The position numbers and the translations under genes are program-made. Positions 11,601 through 25,027 of a DNA stretch of 64,000 nucleotides are shown here, piece by piece; position 1 is the stretch's first letter, and the number at the start of each line of letters is the position of its first letter. This DNA is from Amoebophrya sp. A120 (lineage: Eukaryota; Protista; Dinoflagellata), in the NCBI GenBank assembly GCA_905178155.1, contig CAJINV010000007.1:2833151-2897150 (forward strand). Direction: 5' to 3'. The notes under the pieces were generated by a model, which worked only from the letters and a program-made list of their open reading frames with translations, ran no database searches and was not told the DNA's origin.

Positions 11601-14134
11601 TGGTCGTCTCTCGTGTGCGGGTTGCTGATGTGATCGTGTCCCCACCCTGAAGATGAATCTGCCGTTCTCGCCTCTTCGGTCCCGTGAGCTAGTACCGCTT
11701 CTTGCAAAGCAGACGAGCTCGCCGAACTAGCACCAGTTCCCGACCCGATTGCCAGCCCGGCCAACATGTCCTTCATATCCTTTCCCTCACTCCGCTCCTC
11801 CACACCTAGGTACGGGATGCGCGTGACCCAGCGCAGAAACCGCCAGGCGTCGCTGGAGTCCGGCATGTTCTTGAAGCGGCACAGATATGCAATCCAGAAG
11901 ACCCGCTTCGTCCGCAGCGGCATCGCCGTGGACTTGTCAAAAATGGCGAACAACACCGTCGCCCACAGCCCGTACAAGACCCGCATCACCGCGAATTTCA
12001 GAATTTGCTTGCTCTTCTCGTCGATCAGACCTCCTGGGGCTGTCGTATCCAGGCCGTCGATCAAGTCCAGCATTAGGGACAAAATCAGCATGTTGGATTT
12101 GTTCTGCCGCAGGGGGTCCAGCAACTTTTTCCCGCTGCCGGGCGAGGAATCTTCGAGGTCCTGCGCGTTCTCTTTATCGGACTCGAATTCCTGTTCGAAG
12201 ACGGCCCGGAGCTTTTCGGAAGTCTGAAATTTCTTGATGAACTCGGACGTCGAGACGGGATTCGCGATATTCGAGGCAAACACCTCCTTCAGCCTGGACC
12301 GCTGCTGCCCGATCGTCGGGGTGGCGAGCTCTGTTTTCAAATCTCTGCGCATCACCTTTGCCAGCGACAGGCGCCGCTTCTGCTTATGGAGCTTCCTCTT
12401 CTGATGTAGTAGTTCATGGTGCTTTTTGTGATGCAATCCTTCTTGCAGTGCAGAGGATGAAGAGGAGGCTCGTCCTGCTGCCGAATTCTTACCAAGATCT
12501 TCACTTGTCCCAGCGTTTATTTTTCTCAAGTCTTTCAGCAGCTCTTCCGCGAAATTTTGCACGACCTTCCTCAACTCTGGAGAATTGACGAGCGAATCTC
12601 CTTCACCGCCGGAAGTAGACACAGCGGCCGCACCCGCAGTGGCACCCGCTCCCTGCCAGAAACCGTTCGGATAGTCATCGACCAGCGGTTGGTAAAGTGC
12701 CGCCAGGTTGATCAGCTGGTCCTTCCGCTTCACAATTTCCTCGTGCTGCAGCACTTTTTGCACCAGCAAGTTCCCCGTCGCAATTTCCAGCTTGTCGTTG
12801 GAGGCAATCAATTTGTCGTAGTCGTTCACCAACGAAGCCGCGTCCGGACTCAGCGTCGTCGTTTTCTTTAGTACTTCGTCGACCAACCAGGCGTAGGCCG
12901 GCGTTAATTCCTTGTCGGTTTTCGCAAGTTCCTTGCCCTGTTCCTCGATCAGCTTGATATCGGCTGTGGGCAGAAAAATGATTGCGTTTGTGTTTGGCTG
13001 CGCGTTCGGGGTGGCTTTGTTCTTTCCGTGATTTTCCCGCAGCTGCTGGCGCTGTGTAGTACTAATGGTGGTTCGCTCCTTCTGCGCCACTTGTACAGTG
13101 CTAGCAGTGGATGAGGATTTTGATCCCTTCGGTTGAGCTGCAGCTCCGGCGGAGGGAGATGCTCCAGAAGGTGCAGCTGTAAGTGTTGTACCTTTCACCT
13201 TCACGATGGTATCTTTGCTTCTTGCTGTTGCCGCTTCTTTTGTAACAGAAGTGCTGGCAACGCCGGAAAGCTTTTCCTCTGTCCGACTCGCGGGCCCGCC
13301 ACCTCCGCTCGATTCCGACGAGGCAGCTCCTCTTGCTTCCGGAGCCGAGGACACCGGCGCCCCCGCAACACCGGGAGTAGCAGGTGACTCTTGTTTCGAA
13401 CCACGACTACTCTGCGCTGCCCGATGATCCGCGGCTGCCTCCATCCGTTTCTCCGCGGTGCTTGGAGTTATTGATGCAGCATCTTGTTGAGATACCACAG
13501 AAACGACTTCGTGGTCCGCAGCCGGAGCCGCACCCTCCGCATCAACCTCCTCATCGTCCGATCCCGCATACAAATCGTCTCCACCGGCTTGAAAGACATC
13601 CAACAGCGCAGCGCCAAAATCGTCATCACCGAGCACGGGCGCGGAGGACACCAACTCAGGCATAGACCGTGCAGGTGGAGGGTCGTATCCTCGGGGAGAG
13701 GCAGAAGCTCCTGGTCGTGCTGCGCTTTTTTGTACCACCTGCGAGGTGGCAACGACCGGCTGCGCGGATGAAAAAACAGCACCCTCTCGTGCGATCGCTG
13801 AGCCCTTATCTTCTCGTCCCCGCTTTGCTTGCTGCACTTCGAGTTGTGATGCTGACTCGTGTACTCTCTGGGTGTGAGTGTTAGAGTTCTCGCCACTTTT
13901 TATTTCAGCCTCGTCGGCCAATGGCGCGCTCCTTTGGACCGTATCTGTGGCAGTCTCATCCTCGTCCAGCCCGCCGCCTTCGGTAAACACAGACGAAAGC
14001 GAAGTTAACCAATCATCGCCGCGGTCAAGATCCGCTCGCACTGCCGTTAGCAGCTGATTGCTCGTCCAAAAAAGCAAGTCACGCTCACACCAGGAGCACA
14101 CTAACACCACCAACAAGCGCAGATGCGTACGCAT
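8699..14134 (-). CDS. Large putatively secreted hypothetical protein (about 1542 aa) interrupted by three introners
   Basis: Hydrophobic N-terminus. Exons 14134-10564, 10296-9528, 9254-9103 and 8835-8699 join in frame (4629 nt) when each element plus one TSD copy is removed. Junctions read QAQLR-RWNDKEG, ALETM-EDLMRK and SMRQ-SLIFEP. Confidence 0.78.
8841..9102. mobile_element. Introner family 1 (TIR TATCAAATGYAAAAATGTCTGGGTCTGGAAG), TSD TCTGC
   Basis: About 30-bp TIRs. TCTGC direct repeat at 8836-8840 and 9103-9107. Excision restores the ORF. Confidence 0.92.
9260..9527. mobile_element. Introner family 1, TSD TCCAT
   Basis: TIRs with small indels. TCCAT at 9255-9259 and 9528-9532. Interior nearly identical to the 10302 element. 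Confidence 0.9.
10302..10563. mobile_element. Introner family 1, TSD TCCGG
   Basis: Perfect TIRs of more than 30 bp. TCCGG at 10297-10301 and 10564-10568. Confidence 0.93.
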
Positions 14135-14812
14135 ATTGCACGTATTCTTTCATATGTCGTAAATTCTAAGAACTTTCGCTGTACAAAAATACGGATTTAG
14201 TAGAGTCATTGCATCAATCACTAGGGTGTGGACCTCGGCCGACTGGGCCTACTTATTATACTTGATCGCCTCGATCCTGTGTGCAGGACTTGATGCAGCC
14301 TTCTGCAGATCTGCGTCAGCCGAGACACTCTCGGTTCCTAAACTAAGCAAGTACGTCGCACACACATGACCCTTCGCCACCAGATGACTCGAGAACCAAA
14401 AACAAGATCTGGTGGATCCGTCACCCGAAACCAGATCTGAGAAGCCGCACGTCCGCGTTGCTTCTGCGATGCACAAAAATTAGTCGAAATTCCTTACTCT
14501 TTGAAGATCATGTTGGTGATCGTTACCAGCGTCATCGTCGCCTCGGCGATGATCCATACGGGCCAAGCACAGACCCGCTTTTTAATTCTTCAAAACACCT
14601 TTTAGCGCAACAAAAGAGAAAGCTATACGAACAAAACCTTCCGTCTCCGGGGAAGCTACCCTAACGCTGTTTCGGCCCAACGAAAATTATGCAATAGATA
14701 ATTTCTTCCGCTTTTGCTCTACAAAAAGCGAAACACACGACCAATTGCAATAGCAACTGCTCAAACATTTTTGAATTCAGAGATGAAACTTATCAGACTC
14801 AAACTGATGATC

Positions 14813-17800
14813 CTACACTCGAAACAATTTTATCACTTCGGAGATGGTGTACCGGCAAACCGGGCATTCTGTGATTTGCTTGCTGCATTTCTGACAGCAA
14901 ACCACGTGCCCACACGGATACAAACAGCAATTCAGCTCGCCATCGAAACAAATCTTGCACAAATTCTCATCCTCCCGCTGCTGAAGCCGGTCTAGGCGGT
15001 TTATCAAAAGGAAAAATCCCCCCTCCCCATATCAAAACGAAGTTTCTGATGCTGGATTTGCGTACACAAATCAGATTTGTCTTGCTGGAGAGGACGGCAG
15101 GCTTATACCAAGCCCGAGCTGGGAAGTTTTGAGCTAGGCGCTGAGCATGGCAAACGTGTAGTCTGTAGGCCCAACAGCATCACAAACCGCCAACAGAGTG
15201 CGGCAGAGCCTGTGCGGTTGCGTTCTTGCAAGACAGAGACGATTTGAGGTCACAAATTAGCATGACAAATTTTCTGGGGCGTGCCTTTTCGATATGGGGA
15301 GGGGGGATTTTTCCTTACGATACGGTTGGGATCATCTTCCGGAAGGGGTTGTGGTGGCGGGGGCTCTTGTTCTACTTGGGCCGTGTTCGCAGTAGCTGCA
15401 ACTGTCGGGGTTGCATCATGTTGCACCTCTCGTGGTCCTCCACCTCCTCCGTGTGCAGTTGTTCCTGTCCACGCGGAATCACGATCCTCGTGCAGCTGAT
15501 GCGCGTTCCGCGCTGTTGAAGAATCCTCGTGGCGATAATTCTCCTCAGCCAGTTGTGTAGTAGTTCCGGCACTCGAGGTTGACCACGACGCGTTGTTGAT
15601 TCCTGCTCTAGAAGTACTTCGGCGAACCCTTTCCTCCTCGATTCGGCGCTGATTTTCCTCCTGACGCCTTCGGTTCGCGTCCTCCTCTAAATCCTGCTGA
15701 AACTGCGTCAGAAAATTGTTGCCGCCACCTCCTCGCGAAGAGGAAGCACTAGCACGACCACTGGCCGAGGCCGGCGTTGCTCCTGCACCTCTACTATTCA
15801 TCTGATTTCGTTCGATTCTGGCTACGTCGTCGGGCGGGATGTTTCTGCGCTGCCCGATCCGGGACCTCCGTAGCTTGTCGGCGTAGTCGTCGGGCGGGAG
15901 AATCACGTCGGGCAAGACTCCTCGCAGAATGTTCACCGCATTCTCCTGGCCGTTGTTATTTCCGTAATTGTTGTTCCTGCGCGGGCGGCTCGGGCTCGCA
16001 CCCAGCGCAGCTGCGGAGGTGCCTGAGGTAGTTGTAGAGGAGGAAGCTATCGCTCCAGTCGGGGGGAGGGGATGGACGACCCCCGACGGAACATTGATTG
16101 TCCCAATCGCATCCGTTTCTCCTGGTCTCGAAGGCCGCGGAGGACCGTCTCCTGCAGGAACAGACGATGGTGCTGCTGACGCGGAGGTTGTAGTAGCACC
16201 ATTATTTGTAGTTCGTTCGTCTCCCAGCACGACATCGCGCAAATTTTCTTCCTCTTGCATCCCGTCAAACAGGGCCCGGCGCTTCGCCTCGTCCCAAAGG
16301 CGTTGCTGTTCCCGTGACTCCTGCTCCAGATGCCACTGCTCCGAGGTGATTGCGAAGGACACGCGACTGTTGAAGGTGGCGGCAGCCGATGAAGAAGCTG
16401 CGTAGGGCGGGTGTTGTGGTTGTGGTTCTTGCTGTGGCTCATTGTCATTCCCGTGCTGGGGTCTCTCGCCTGACCCTGTAGTTGCTGATGAAGAGGACGA
16501 GCTCGAACTACTTGACGGATAATTTGCTCTACCATCATGAATTTGCTGATCCAGTGGCCCTGTGCGCGTCGTGCTGGAAGACGACGAGCTAGAACTAGAA
16601 CTCGAGCCGCCTCCCCCACCGGTCCTCGCGTTCAATATTGCGTTCATGTCAGCACTACTCTTCCCATTATTGCTGTTTAGCACAGCGTGCTCGTCCTTCT
16701 CCCCCAATCTGCTCCACTCCCGCAGTTCCCCACGCTCGTCTTCCATTCTGCGCGTGTAGAAAAAGTCCAAATCTTCGTCGTTTTTCGCCTGCAGCTCCCG
16801 TTCGCTCTCCAACACCAAATCGTGAAGAAAGGAGGAAGAGGACGAGGATTTGTTGTTGTTTTCACGACGACCATCTAGAAGTAGTACCCTATCCGTAAGT
16901 TCACGTTGTCCTTCGTTAATACTAGCACCGAAATTATCTTCTTGCACGAGGTGGTCCGGATCGAAGGGCATGAAGAGCGAGCTGCCGACTTTCAGCACGT
17001 CTCCCACTCGGAAAACGAACGGGTCGGACACCTGTCCGTCCTCGGACAACCGCAACCAGGTGCGGTTCGTGGAGTAGCGATCCGTAAGCATGAATCGGGT
17101 CGACGGGGTTGGTGAAGAACCTGGGGAAAAGAAAGAAATCGTATGTGAAAAATTCCTCTGTGACTTGTCTACTAATATGTCGTGCGTGTGCTATTGTGTC
17201 TTCGTTTTGTTCTGCGTGAAAATAAAGCATGACAGCTACCTACTTCAATGAGCCGCTGCGTGTCGCAGTCAAACACATACACAGCACTTGCACACCACGG
17301 CAGAACGAACAAACGAAAAGAGAAACTAACGTACCTCTCCCTTCCACGGTCTCCCTCGTCTTCGCTCGCGTCGCACGTTCTGTACTCGTATTCCCTCCGA
17401 CCACCAAATGGACATTTGCGTGAAACGTGCTGAGCTGCTTGTCCTGGATTGCCAAAACGTTGGTTGGGTCGCGCCCGATCGTGATCACCCTCTCCCGATT
17501 CTTCCTCGCATTGGTCAAGTACAGCGTGCGACTGGGCACGATTTCGACGGTTCTTTTGCAGTTTCTGCTTCCTCTTTGCCTTTCATCCCCACCGTGGAGG
17601 GTGGATAATGCTACACTACTCCCACCAGACGAGAAAGAAGAAGATCCCGCAACGGATAGCTCAACAACCGAGTCGGAGTCGGCGAGTCGGAAGGAACTGG
17701 CAATGCTGAAGTTCTCCGCTGTGCTGGACTGCACAAAGCAAAGAAGCGTCAACTCGTCCTCAACGTGGTCACGCGGTTGATCTCGTGATCCGCCAGGAGT

Positions 17801-19456
17801 AAATTGTTCACTGCTTGTTGTACGATTCTTGCCCCCGCCTCCCCGCAAGGCGGACTCGAAGATTTGCAGTTCCTCTTCCTCCGTCAACTCTCCGTCCTCC
17901 AGCCTGCCGAAGATTTCTTCCAGTTCGCATTTCGGCACGAAAAAAATCTGCAGCTCCGTAGCGCCGATCTGAATCGTCATGCCTTCCTTGAGGAAAATCT
18001 GGTCCCGGATCATCAAAAAGGTACCGGTCGTCGACCCCAGATCCTGCACGCGCCAAGGGGAGAAGCAGGAATGGGTGGGATCTTGCAAATCGTCGTGGCC
18101 GTCCAGCGGGTCTACGCAGGAGGAGATCAAGGGGCTAGTTGTAGAAGTAACCTCCTCGTCCGCCAGGCCGCTGTCTTGGTGCAACACACGGAAGTGCTTC
18201 CGGCTGACAAAAGACTCTGGAATCACCAGCTCATTCTGCCCGGAGTGTCGGCCCGCTGTGATCGAGCTTTTCAGATTTGCTCTTGACGATGTTGTAGTTC
18301 CTTCTTGATGAGCCAACAACTGCTGCCGCATCCGCTCGCTATAAAGCCGAACAGAGCAGTCTTTACTACTGTTCTGGCCATCTCCCACCAACGGCCCCTC
18401 GATGGCCCGGAGCAGCAAAGAGTCCGGGTTCGTGGCTTGGATTTGCAGCGCCGCCACGCTGGTGTTAGTCCTGTGCCCCGTCGCGGTCCCATCGTTCCGG
18501 AAAAGTTTCGCGTCGGGGGAGTGCGACAGCTTTTTCTTGGTTCGGCTCTTCTTTGCAGAGGATAAAGGAGTCGCTGAAAGTAGGCCCTGCTGGTTCTGAT
18601 TAACATTGTTCCTACTTCGCTTTGGACTACTTGACAGGTTTTTAAGAGCACTCGAATCGCCGGGGGCGCCAGCTGCTCTGGAGCCTGAAGATCGAGATCC
18701 TCCTGCCAAGTTCTTCGTCGAAAAATGACTCATGTGTTGTTCTATTCGTTCTGGGTCGTCGTGGTCGCCTGAACGACCATGTTGACCTGTCGCGCTATCG
18801 GTCTCTGATCCGGCTGAAGCTGTAGTTTCTGTGGTTGTACCCGTAGTGGTTCCCCGAGGTCGTGGACCAAGATCGCGCTTGTTCTCCACACGTCGATGCC
18901 CCCCGCGGTTCATCATTGCTGGGCTATTCGTTGCCGCACCAGCCTCCACGTCGTCTACTTGTCCCTGGTCTACTTCAACCTCCTGTTGCATCAAGAGCGG
19001 CGCAATGGCGCTGCGCAGCATCGATTTCTCCCGCCCGTTCAGCCGAGACCAGAAGGCGTCGCCACGACCGTTCTCGCCGCGGCCGTCGGAGGTTACTAGG
19101 CGCAGGAGACTGCAGAAGTTTCATCAAAAAAAATTGCAATGTCAGAAGCGATAGGAACATGCAAATACATGATACATTTCAGACGGAAGTAGTAGAAAAC
19201 AAGTACTGCAACTGCATCGAGCGACTGCATGACGAGAAAAAAAACACTTAATGTCTTACCCTGGCCCGTCCAGATGCCTCGGAATGGTCCCGACACCGAA
19301 GCCCAGCCATTGCAACCAACAAGCGACGTCGCTTCCGCTCCAGGACTGCGGATCTTTCACTTTCAGGTCGGACGGGACGCCACTGTAGGAGGTGGGTGTG
19401 GCGTGCGCGTGGCCGGCAGTACTATAATTTGAAGGAGTAGAAGAAGATGCGGTCAT
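14813..19456 (-). CDS. SAM-like + two FHA + C-terminal RING (C3HC4, IAP/MGRN-like) putative E3 ubiquitin ligase (about 1317 aa)
   Basis: Exons 19456-19260, 19109-17335, 17120-15323 and 14996-14813 (two GT-AG introns, one introner) total 3954 nt in frame. SAM-like WSGSDVACWLQWLGF...LDGPGLLRL. FHA motifs GRH..SRKH..DLGSTTGT and GRD..STFH..DRYSTNRT. RING CKICFDGELNCCLYPCGHVVCCQKCSKQITECPVCR. Confidence 0.85.
15002..15322. mobile_element. Introner family 2 (TIR core AGGAAAAATCCCCCCTCCCCATATC), TSD CGGTT
   Basis: TAT...ATA ends. CGGTT at 14997-15001 and 15323-15327. Excision joins DDPNR-LDRLQQ to the RING exon. Confidence 0.92.
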
Positions 19457-20619
19457 GTTGAAAAATGCAGTGAAGCTGTCAATGCGGTTATTTTGGTCAT
19501 GGTCTCTTGCGATCTTGCTCGTCGTGGCTGCACGGAGTGCTGGTGTGGTAGTTCGTTGTACCGCGCTCGGTTGAATAATATCTTCCCGTAAGATGTGCAA
19601 AACTCAATTCTCCCGGGTTTTTGCCGCGCTCCGAAAAGACGACCTGCTAGTCGCGCCAGGCGCCGAAGAGTTGTTGGCAAAAAGCGTCACTTGCTTCCAG
19701 AGTAGTCACCGAGCGTCCGACCGCGTCGCTGATGGTGCTCATCATCCATATCAAAACCAACTTGTCTTTTGATATTGAAAAAAACATCTTACATACATAC
19801 ATGAATTAAAAGCAGGTCGAGCAAAACTCGGAACAACTCAAGAAATCATAAGGCAGAAAACGAGAAGCAGAGAACAAACCGCGAAAACCCTTCGTAAATT
19901 AATTTCGTTGCCTGTCGTTTGAGTGGGATGTCGGTTGTGCGAAGAGGAAGATCGCTTCTTGAAATACATCTAGCATTACTTAAACCTCAGTGGTCGTCCG
20001 AAAAAAAGGAAAAAAAGAAACCAACTTCAGCACGCTGAGCGGTTATTCTAGTTGCGTCATGCAAAGCCAATTCGTGATCGTACGATCTCCGCCGAGTGCG
20101 AGAAACCTTATGATACCACTTGACAAGTAGAGCCTCAAATTCCTTCTCATAGAACATCTCGCTTGCGCTCACTCATTCCTTTGTGACCCATTCACTCACT
20201 TTGCACGTCACTCCCTCAGGTTCAACGCAAACAAAAACTCTCACTCCTCTATCTCTCACGACCCTCGTTTTTCAGAGATTTTTTTGCAGCTTGTCTTTAT
20301 TTTCCGGTTCAATTCACAAACTTTCGCTAGTGATTCAAACACAAACACTAACACACACTTTCGATAGAGGCCGGGAACCGAACCCGGCTGACAACGGGAC
20401 TGGCCTCCGCCTCATCAAAATCAAGAGAGTCTGCATGAGCATGATGAATCAAGGTGCATCAAAAAGGAAGGAGAACGAAAAATCTCGGGGTAGTTCGTAA
20501 GATTTTTGCCGCTCCATGCGGCACGTGCATACGACGCCACCTCTGGTGGGTAACAGACACGCACGTCTATCTATCATGTCTCTGTGAAGATACAGATAGA
20601 TCTTCGTCCTCGTCGTCCC

Positions 20620-23196
20620 TTACTTTGGCATTACATTTTTTGTAGCGGCTTTGGCGCCCGGTGAGGCAAGAGGTCCCACCTGTTCAGGCGTTTTTTGTCT
20701 CTTCGGCCTTTCCTTGGAAACCGCCCGTTTTCGTTTTTCTTTATTTTCCACCGTCGCGCCAGTACTACTAGTACTACTCATAGTACTACTTCTCAACAAT
20801 GCCGCGGAAGGCAACACTCCAGAGGGCACACTGTTTTCCGAGATCTTGGGCAGCTGGTGCTGTTTCTTCGCAGCTCCCTTCGGAACCTTCGGCGTGGTCA
20901 TCCCAGCAGCACCACCACCCACACTATCGTTGCTGGCTTTTGAGGCGGTAGACATCCTGGCTGCTGTGTCTTCCGAAATCGTCGACAAAAAACGCGTGCT
21001 ACCGGTTTGCGCTACGACCCCACCTGCACTGTCTGTCGAGGTCGTGGAGGCCAACCGCGCGACCCCGCCAGCACTGTCATTGGACATTTTGGACGCGAGC
21101 CGAATTGTCCCGCCACTGTCGTTGGAGACTTTGGACGCGAGCCGCGTTGATGTCCCGCCACTGTCATTGGACATTTTTGACGCGTGGTAGCGCGGGGCCC
21201 CCGCACCGTCGTCCTATACCTTAGAGGCGGCCCGTGTTGATGTTGATGATGCAGCTCCGCCAGAAGTTGATATTCCCGTCTCCGTCGACATTGTGGAAGC
21301 GCTATTCTTACTAGATCTTTTCCCAATGCTGGTGGGTTGTTGCACTGCTGCCTGCTGTTCTTGTTTGTTCAGCAAGATCTTCTTCTTCTTCCCAGAAGAA
21401 GTAGAAGTTGTACTGTCAGCACTAGAAATCGACGCTCTCACGACATTACCCGATGAACTGCCCTGCGATAGTACAACCCTTCTATCGTCGGCTTCAGACG
21501 ATCTGGGCCGGAAATGCGGGACGATTGGAGCAGTACTACTTGACCCAGCAGACGCGGTATTTTTACTATCGTGTTGTTCTGCAACAGCAGCCGTCGCAGG
21601 GGAAGCAGCACGATTTTTCAACTTTACAACCTTCTTCATAGGCTTCTTCCCCGTCTTCTCCTTTTGCTGGTCGTCGTCCGCGAAGGCACCTACAGCGAAG
21701 GACATCAGCCTCGCATCGTCGACCGCGTCGCCCTGTACAATTCCTATTTCGTCGTCGTCCTTAATAAAAGCCTCAGCCTCGCTGCCCTCTTCCCCGAAAC
21801 CACCTGACGTGCGCGTAGACCACCGTTGTTCCTCGCGGTCTTTATCCGAGATAATTCCGTCGGCTTGCACTGCATAATCTCCCAAGAAAGGTGGACCACC
21901 TTCGGCCCCCAGAGCTGCTCCCCCGAGCCGCGCCAGATCGAATCCACGACCGAGGGATGCTGTTGCTGTCGACCCGGCGGCAGCTAAAGCTGCAGCACCG
22001 GGAGGTGGTCCTCCGGGGGCCGCTGTACTATCATTACCATCGACGAAAGTGTTGTGGAAGTGGACTGGCGCAGGCCGCGTTGCGTCTTTGAGTTCGTCGT
22101 CCAGGGTTTTCTCGTCGTCGTCGTCGACCTTGGCAAGGAAGCCGGCAAAGACAAGGCAGATGACGAAGGGTACGCACCAAAACAGCCAGGTCATCCAGTT
22201 CACCTTCAGCTTTTCCCAAAACGTCATATGCTCCTCCTTCTTTTTGTCCTCATCTTCGTCCCTGCGAGTCGAAACTACTTCGTCATTCCACTCGTTTGTC
22301 GTTGCGCCAACTTGTTCTAGTTTTTGTTCTTCACCTAGAGCAGAATCGTGGTCCTCCTCTGGTGCTGGCCTCCACTCCCACGTGCCTCCCGGCTTGGCCT
22401 CCGGTCGTGCTGCTACGTTGCTTTCGGCAATGTCAGAAATGTCTTCTTGTTCTGGAGTCGTCACATGTAGTTCCAGTTGGCTCTTCTTGTCTGATGTCTG
22501 ATGTGTCTCTTGCTTATTGTTGACATAATTCCGCGATCCATTTTTGGTCTCTACTTGTTCCGCCGAGAACGGTGTGACCGTTTTCCTGTCCTCATGTCGT
22601 GCTGTTTCTGCGGTTTTTCGTGTTGAAGATGATGCTGGATTCACGAGAACACTTGCATCTCCTTCATCCGCCGCGTTCGAAGATTTTATTGTTGCTTCTA
22701 TCCCTACACGTCGGTGCACACGCTTCTTTTTCTTTTTGCTTCTGAGAAAACTGGATAGAGGCAACGGTGAGATTGGATCTGCAGTAGAGATTGCTGCTGG
22801 GGCAGTCTGATAGTCCGGAGCTCCGCCCAGCGAGTTGTGCTCTTCGGACAGTTCGTCTCTAAAAATCGGTGCAGCCGTCTTCTGGAACATTCCCGTACTC
22901 CGTCCTCTTCTCCGCAGCAGCGGTCTCTTGCTGGGAAGAACAAGTTGATCTTCGCTGCGCCTCACATCATCTGTCGCGACAGCACTGTTATTGTCGTCCT
23001 GCTCTTGCGCTGCACGAGGCGATAGGTCCCGCCCGGTCTTTCCATTCTTCCCTAAAAACGCCAGTACCGCTGGATCTTCGACGTACAGAACAAAAGCTGT
23101 AGCAAGAAAAACCAGCACAGATGTTCTCCTGCACAGCGCCGTTGCCGAAGATCCGAACGGAAACTTCGTCCCTGCGCCTGCAAGTTGCCCCTGCAT
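20620..23196 (-). CDS. Hypothetical membrane protein with Ser/Gly repeat tail and one in-frame TAG at 21214-21216
   Basis: ORFs 21214-23196 and 20620-21174 are in the same frame, separated only by one TAG. Two hydrophobic segments (VLVFLATAFVLYV; WLFWCVPFVICLVFAGFLA). Confidence 0.65.
21020..21235 (-). repeat. Coding tandem repeat (about 42-45 bp unit, ASK(M/V)SNDSGG..RL)
   Basis: Repeated CCACTGTCATTGGACATTTT-like units at 21070-21180, with degenerate copies on either side. Confidence 0.8.
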
Positions 23197-24256
23197 CTTG
23201 TTATTTCCCGCAGTTTTGACAGCAAATACAGAAACCGCCTGGTTGCAAAGCAGAGTTTATGGCGGCGCTGCAAGCAACACGGCAAATAAACCAACACCGA
23301 TTTTTCGCTCCATCTTGATTCGGTTCAGATTAAGCTCTACTCATGATTCACATCGACGTTCTGAGAAAAAGGACGAGCGATGTGAACTGTTTTCGATATT
23401 AGGGAAAACTTGTAAGGGTGATTTCATACTAGAGATGCTATCGGAGAGGAGGGCCTGGGACGCCCCCAAACTCCGTAAGGCCTTGGGGGCGATTACAAGA
23501 GGGCAAATAAAGTAAATGTAAAACGGTTACAGTGAGTGGGTATAGGGTCAGGGATAATGTGCTCAGTAGGGCGGGAAGAGGGGAAGCCAGAATCTGCAGC
23601 AAAAGCGTGTAAAGAAACTTGTTCGTCAAGTTGATCTAGTAATACCGTGGCCACAAGGACTGTACTCTTCACGACAATTGTGATGCTAACACAGAGGACT
23701 CGGACGCAAACTACAATGAACCGGAGAACGACACGAGATCAACACGAATCTGAAATGTGGTACGATCTACGCGGGAAAGCGCGTTTTATTCTTGCCACGA
23801 AGACAAACGAAGCACAACTACACGCAGTTTTGAAATAAACACATGATGCACGAAGACGACAATAGTTCCATAAGCATAACAATGTATTGGACGAAATCGT
23901 GTGGAGGTCGACCCTTCAACGAAAACGAAAACCTGCACAGATCAAGATCTTTATTCCGCCTGCCAGAGTCTGACAAGTTGGGAAGAAATCCACATCCTCG
24001 GCTGGCACGAGCAGACCTCGGACCGCAAGTGTAAGAAGTTGCGGTAGAACACGCCGCCCTCCTCGGCACACGTCACCACGTTTTCTTTGTCCTTGTCGCG
24101 TAGTAGACTAGATGAGAACTATTCCCAAACATGTTCTAGGTTGTCGCTGTGTGATGAATGTTGTTTCTGGGGCTTCCTTGTCGCTGACATGGGTGGGGGG
24201 AGGAGCATCAATCATCATGCTCAGTATGGCAACACACGCCGTGGGGTCTTCATGTG

Positions 24257-25027
24257 CTATCGAATCCCAAATACTGAGGTTTGCTTCTTTTGATCCTTTT
24301 TGTCTTCCATCATGGCGTCTTGCTCGGCAATTAGCCTTAAAACTTGCTTCTTACTCGTCTCTTGCAGCTCCCCGTTTATGAACAGTTCGTCGAATATGTA
24401 GTAGGCCTGATTTTTTTGCGTGCTAATTTTAGAGTCGTTTCATCGTACCAGCATTCCCGTGCATCAAGTTCCCATTTCATTTCGGCGGCTGAAAAAAAGC
24501 GAGAAATTGTTAACCGTGCCCCTTTTTGGCGGGCGAAAAAGAAACATAGGAAACACATCGCATATTTATACCTTGTGAAAGTTGAATATCAGATCCAATT
24601 CGCAGACGTTGCCGAAATATCGGTCCAGGCACTCGACGAAATGGTGTATGACCTCCAGCACCAGGAGCTCATTATCTTCCGGATCCACAGCGAAAATGAA
24701 GTACAGACTTGCGTACCTGATGGATAAAAGCATCTACTTACTATCATGCACTACAACATCATCAACGCTGTAACGTGATTTTTGTGGTGCGTGTTGTAGT
24801 TCTACTGCTCATCTGTGAAGTAGAAGTCGTCGATAGATTTTATACCTTTTGTAGCAAATCTTGTATTCTCTCCATTCGAGGAAGTTGCAGAGTTTCGGTG
24901 GCCTTGAGAGGACGAGATTCCTGATGTCCTTTATCATGCTCAGCTGCTCTTTTTCCGAGACCGGCGAAAAAAACTTCTTCATCCGGGTTTTGCCCTGCCG
25001 ACTGATCAGCAGGGCAAAGTGGATCAT
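24257..25027 (-). CDS. AP1S: Clathrin adaptor AP-1 complex small (sigma) subunit (158 aa)
   Basis: Exons 25027-24846, 24716-24572 and 24406-24257 with GT-AG introns total 477 nt. Translation [15 protein letters not shown]...[12 protein letters not shown]...YKRYASLYF...[41 protein letters not shown]. Confidence 0.93.
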
